Below, one piece after another: positions 61,417 through 64,000 of a stretch of DNA of 64,000 nucleotides. The notes beneath the pieces were generated by a model that was not told where the DNA came from, did no database searches, and worked only from the letters and a program-made list of their open reading frames with translations. The stretch comes from [Candidatus Thermochlorobacteriaceae] bacterium GBChlB (GTDB lineage Bacteria; Bacteroidota; Chlorobiia; Chlorobiales; Thermochlorobacteraceae). Numbering within the stretch: the stretch's first letter is position 1; every line of letters starts with the position of its first letter. Location of the stretch: contig JPGV01000015.1 in the NCBI GenBank assembly GCA_000724175.1, forward strand, positions 68,523 to 132,522, given 5' to 3'. The position numbers and the translations under genes were made by a program.

Positions 61417-64000
61417 ATGAGGAAACGATACTGGTTCCTTGCAACACTCCTGTTCTTATCATTTCACAGTTTGGCTCAGGCGCAAGAGTTGACGATTTCC
61501 GGGACGGTGGTTGACGCCAATACAGGCGAGCCGCTTCTGGGCGCGGCCGTGCGCGTTAAAGAAACCGGCGGCGGCGCAATTGCCGATGCGTCGGGACGAT
61601 TTCGAATCACCGTCAAGGCGGCGAGCGCAACGCTCATTGCAAAACTTGTCGGCTACAAAGAGCGGACGGTCGTTGTAACCGAAAGCACCGAGAGTTTGGT
61701 AATCCGCCTGCAAGAGGACATTCTCCGCGCCGAAGAAGTTGTCGTTACTGGTTTGGCAACGGGTATTAAGCGCGAGAACGCGCCGAACTCCATTGGCACA
61801 ATTACAGCAAAAGACCTCCTGCCTGCGCCGGCGCAAACCGTCGACCAAGCCTTCGCTGGCAAGGTCGCTGGTCTGTCGATTCGACAAAACACCGGCGCGC
61901 CGGGCGGCGGCATCAGCCTAAACTTGCGTGGCATTACCACCTTACAAGGCAACACACAGCCGCTGGTTGTGATTGACGGCGTCATTGTCAGCAACGATGC
62001 GCTCAACAGCGGATTGACATCTATTACCGATGCGGTCGGCGGTGCCTCGCAAAGTTCGCAAGACCAGCCGTCGAGCCGTTTGGCGGATATCAATCCAAAC
62101 GACATTGAGGATATTCAAGTCCTGAAAGGTCCAGCGGCAACGGCGGTCTACGGGTCAAAAGCGGCGGCGGGTGTGTTGGTCGTTACCACTAAACAAGGCA
62201 AGCCGGGCGAAACGAAAATTGATGTGTCTCAACAATTTGGATTCAACTCTGTGCTAAAACTTGTCGGCACCCGTGATTGGCGAGCGGACTCATCGGGCTT
62301 GCGAGCGGCATTTGGCGCGGCGGGCGTCAATGCCTTCGTTGCCAGCGGCGGTGCAAACGGTCAGTTCATCGACTACGAGCGCGAGTTCTACGGACAGAAC
62401 GGCTTGGTGAACGAAACGTCCATTACGGCGCGTGGCGGAAATGCAACGACGCTCTTCACGCTATCAGGACAAGCCCGAAACGACCAAGGCATCATCCGAA
62501 ACACCTTTTTCAATCGATACGGCGCGCGCTTGAACCTAACGCATAAATTTAGCGACCGACTGACCGCCGACGTCGGGTTGAACTACTTGAACACCTCGTC
62601 GCAGCGCGCCTCGACGGGCAACTCCAACGTAACACTGACGAGCATTGGCTATGCGGCAACGCGCCTGCCGAGTTTTCTCGATGTGCGTCGTCGTCCCGAC
62701 GGCACATTTCCCGTCATGCCATTTGCCCCGTCTAATCCAGCGGAAATCATTGAGCGCGTGCGCAACGAAGAATTTGTCGACCGCGTCGTGGGGTCGTTCC
62801 GATTGGATTACAGCGTGTTCAAAATCGAGAATCAAAGTTTGAACATTGTGGCAAGCGGTGGCGCAGACTATCTGAACCAGCGCAACAACATCACGTCGCC
62901 CGTCAATACGCAGCACGAGCAAGCCAAAGCGCCGTCGGGCGAGAACGCGGCGAACAACGTCGCCAGCTTTTTCAACAATCTCTGGCTCAGCGCGATTCAC
63001 AACGTCAATGTCAGTTCTGTTTCAATTACGACGTCGGCGGGCTTCCAAGTGGAGAACCGCGACATCAGCGCCGTGCTGGCCAACGTGCGCGGACTGCCAG
63101 CAGACTTGCCGTCGGTCGGACTCGGACTCACGCAGGTATCGCAACAAACCATCACGCGCCAATACGACCAAGGCTTCTACGTGCAATCCGACATTGACTT
63201 CGGCGGCGTAGGATTTTTGAATGTGAAATTACGCGGCGACCGCAGCAGCGTCAATTCTGACGTCAATCAATTTTATCTTTTTCCGGGCGCAGGAGCGTCG
63301 GTGGTTCTCTCTAAGCTCGACTTCTGGAAAGACCTGAGCGCGACGATTGACTTTCTGAAACTGCGCGCTGCCGTCGGACAAGCAGGAACGCTGGCGCCGC
63401 CTGAATCGAAATTTCTCTCGTTTGGGCCTGCAAATGTCACGGGGCTGATCGGCGCGATTGTGCCGCTCCGCGACGGCAACAACAATGTTCGTCCTGAACG
63501 CACAACCGAAGTCGAGTTCGGTCTCGACGCCGGCATTTTGAACGGCTTTGCCTCGCTCGAGTTTACCTATTTCTTGCGCTTCATCGACGATTTAATTTTG
63601 CTCAAACAATTGCCGCCGTCGTCGGGCTTTACGAGCCAGTTGGTCAACGCTGGCGCCATGCGCACCAATGGCATCGAGGCGTCGGTAAATTTAAATTGGC
63701 TGCGTAGCCGCGAGGTGGAAGTCTCTACGCGTGTGATTTTCTCACGAAACCGCGCGGAAATTACACGGTTAGATGTGCCAGCGTTTCAACGCGGCGGGTT
63801 CGGCGTGAACTTAGGCGCTTATACGATTCGACAAGGATTTTCTCCGTTCAGCATCGTTGGACGGGAGAGTTTCGGTCCCAACCCAGATGCGCCAAATCCA
63901 ACGGTAAGACCGGGCGAGTTCAACGGGTTGATTTTGGGCGACGAACAGCCCAATTTCAACTTGGGATTCTCCAGCAGCGTGCGTGCCTACGGCTTTGAAC
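61417..64000 (+). CDS. second SusC/RagA-type TonB-dependent receptor (3' end beyond the window)
   Basis: Not in the ORF track because it is open-ended. Manual translation from the ATG at 61417 gives MRKRYWFLATLLFLSFHSLAQAQELTISGTVVDANTGEPLLGAAVRVKETGGG...DIEDIQVLKGPAATAVYGSKAAAGVLVVTTKQG... and stays open to position 64000. Confidence 0.85.
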   Translation, partial: MRKRYWFLATLLFLSFHSLAQAQELTISGTVVDANTGEPLLGAAVRVKETGGGAIADASGRFRITVKAASATLIAKLVGYKERTVVVTESTESLVIRLQEDILRAEEVVVTGLATGIKRENAPNSIGTITAKDLLPAPAQTVDQAFAGKVAGLSIRQNTGAPGGGISLNLRGITTLQGNTQPLVVIDGVIVSNDALNSGLTSITDAVGGASQSSQDQPSSRLADINPNDIEDIQVLKGPAATAVYGSKAAAGVLVVTTKQGKPGETKIDVSQQFGFNSVLKLVGTRDWRADSSGLRAAFGAAGVNAFVASGGANGQFIDYEREFYGQNGLVNETSITARGGNATTLFTLSGQARNDQGIIRNTFFNRYGARLNLTHKFSDRLTADVGLNYLNTSSQRASTGNSNVTLTSIGYAATRLPSFLDVRRRPDGTFPVMPFAPSNPAEIIERVRNEEFVDRVVGSFRLDYSVFKIENQSLNIVASGGADYLNQRNNITSPVNTQHEQAKAPSGENAANNVASFFNNLWLSAIHNVNVSSVSITTSAGFQVENRDISAVLANVRGLPADLPSVGLGLTQVSQQTITRQYDQGFYVQSDIDFGGVGFLNVKLRGDRSSVNSDVNQFYLFPGAGASVVLSKLDFWKDLSATIDFLKLRAAVGQAGTLAPPESKFLSFGPANVTGLIGAIVPLRDGNNNVRPERTTEVEFGLDAGILNGFASLEFTYFLRFIDDLILLKQLPPSSGFTSQLVNAGAMRTNGIEASVNLNWLRSREVEVSTRVIFSRNRAEITRLDVPAFQRGGFGVNLGAYTIRQGFSPFSIVGRESFGPNPDAPNPTVRPGEFNGLILGDEQPNFNLGFSSSVRAYGFE

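Overview
This is a densely packed 64-kb chromosomal segment with about 62 protein-coding genes and one tRNA. It reads like core-genome DNA of an FCB-group bacterium (Bacteroidota/Chlorobiota/Ignavibacteriota-like). The taxonomic hints are two SusC-type TonB-dependent receptors, one with an adjacent SusD; DUF4292, DUF4293 and DUF4412 families; a thioredoxin-reductase-type ferredoxin-NADP reductase; and Bacteroides-style TAnnTTTG promoter-like motifs. Base composition looks balanced to slightly GC-rich by eye, but I did not compute it.

The content is mainly housekeeping:
- Stress and chaperones: sodB, hsp20, dnaK, gpx.
- Central carbon metabolism: pyk, pgi.
- Cofactor, isoprenoid and amino-acid or polyamine synthesis: coaE, pdxA, nadK, ispD, hisC, argD (partial), an asnB-like gene, aguB.
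- Translation and RNA: rplY, queA, arfB, prs.
- Envelope: lpxD, lolD, ftsE.
- Accessory-looking parts are limited to a nagB-LmbE fusion beside a SusC/SusD pair, an ECF sigma/anti-sigma pair, a TPR histidine kinase, a stand-alone receiver protein and a solitary carotenoid ketolase (crtW).

The two edge genes (1-417 minus, 61417-64000 plus) are missing from the ORF track because they are open-ended; I translated them by hand. I found no CRISPR array, IS element, integrase, prophage, toxin-antitoxin or recognisable defence genes.

I do not see a clear-cut novel system in this window. The best leads, all hypotheses, are:
1. An orphan MCE (MlaD-like) gene coupled to a secreted barrel-like protein that ends in a TonB-C-like domain.
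2. A cluster made of a half-size UPF0016 transporter, two tandem small beta-barrel paralogs, and a DUF4412 protein with about 12% methionine and an LTXXQ-like repeated tail.
3. An ECF sigma factor with a roughly 95-residue basic-then-acidic N-terminal extension.
4. An asnB-like amidotransferase translationally coupled to an uncharacterised gene.
5. Two non-homologous phosphoglucose isomerases facing each other with overlapping stop codons.

Start codons were chosen by eye from signal peptides, Shine-Dalgarno sequences and homolog N-termini, so several are uncertain. Stop coordinates are firm.
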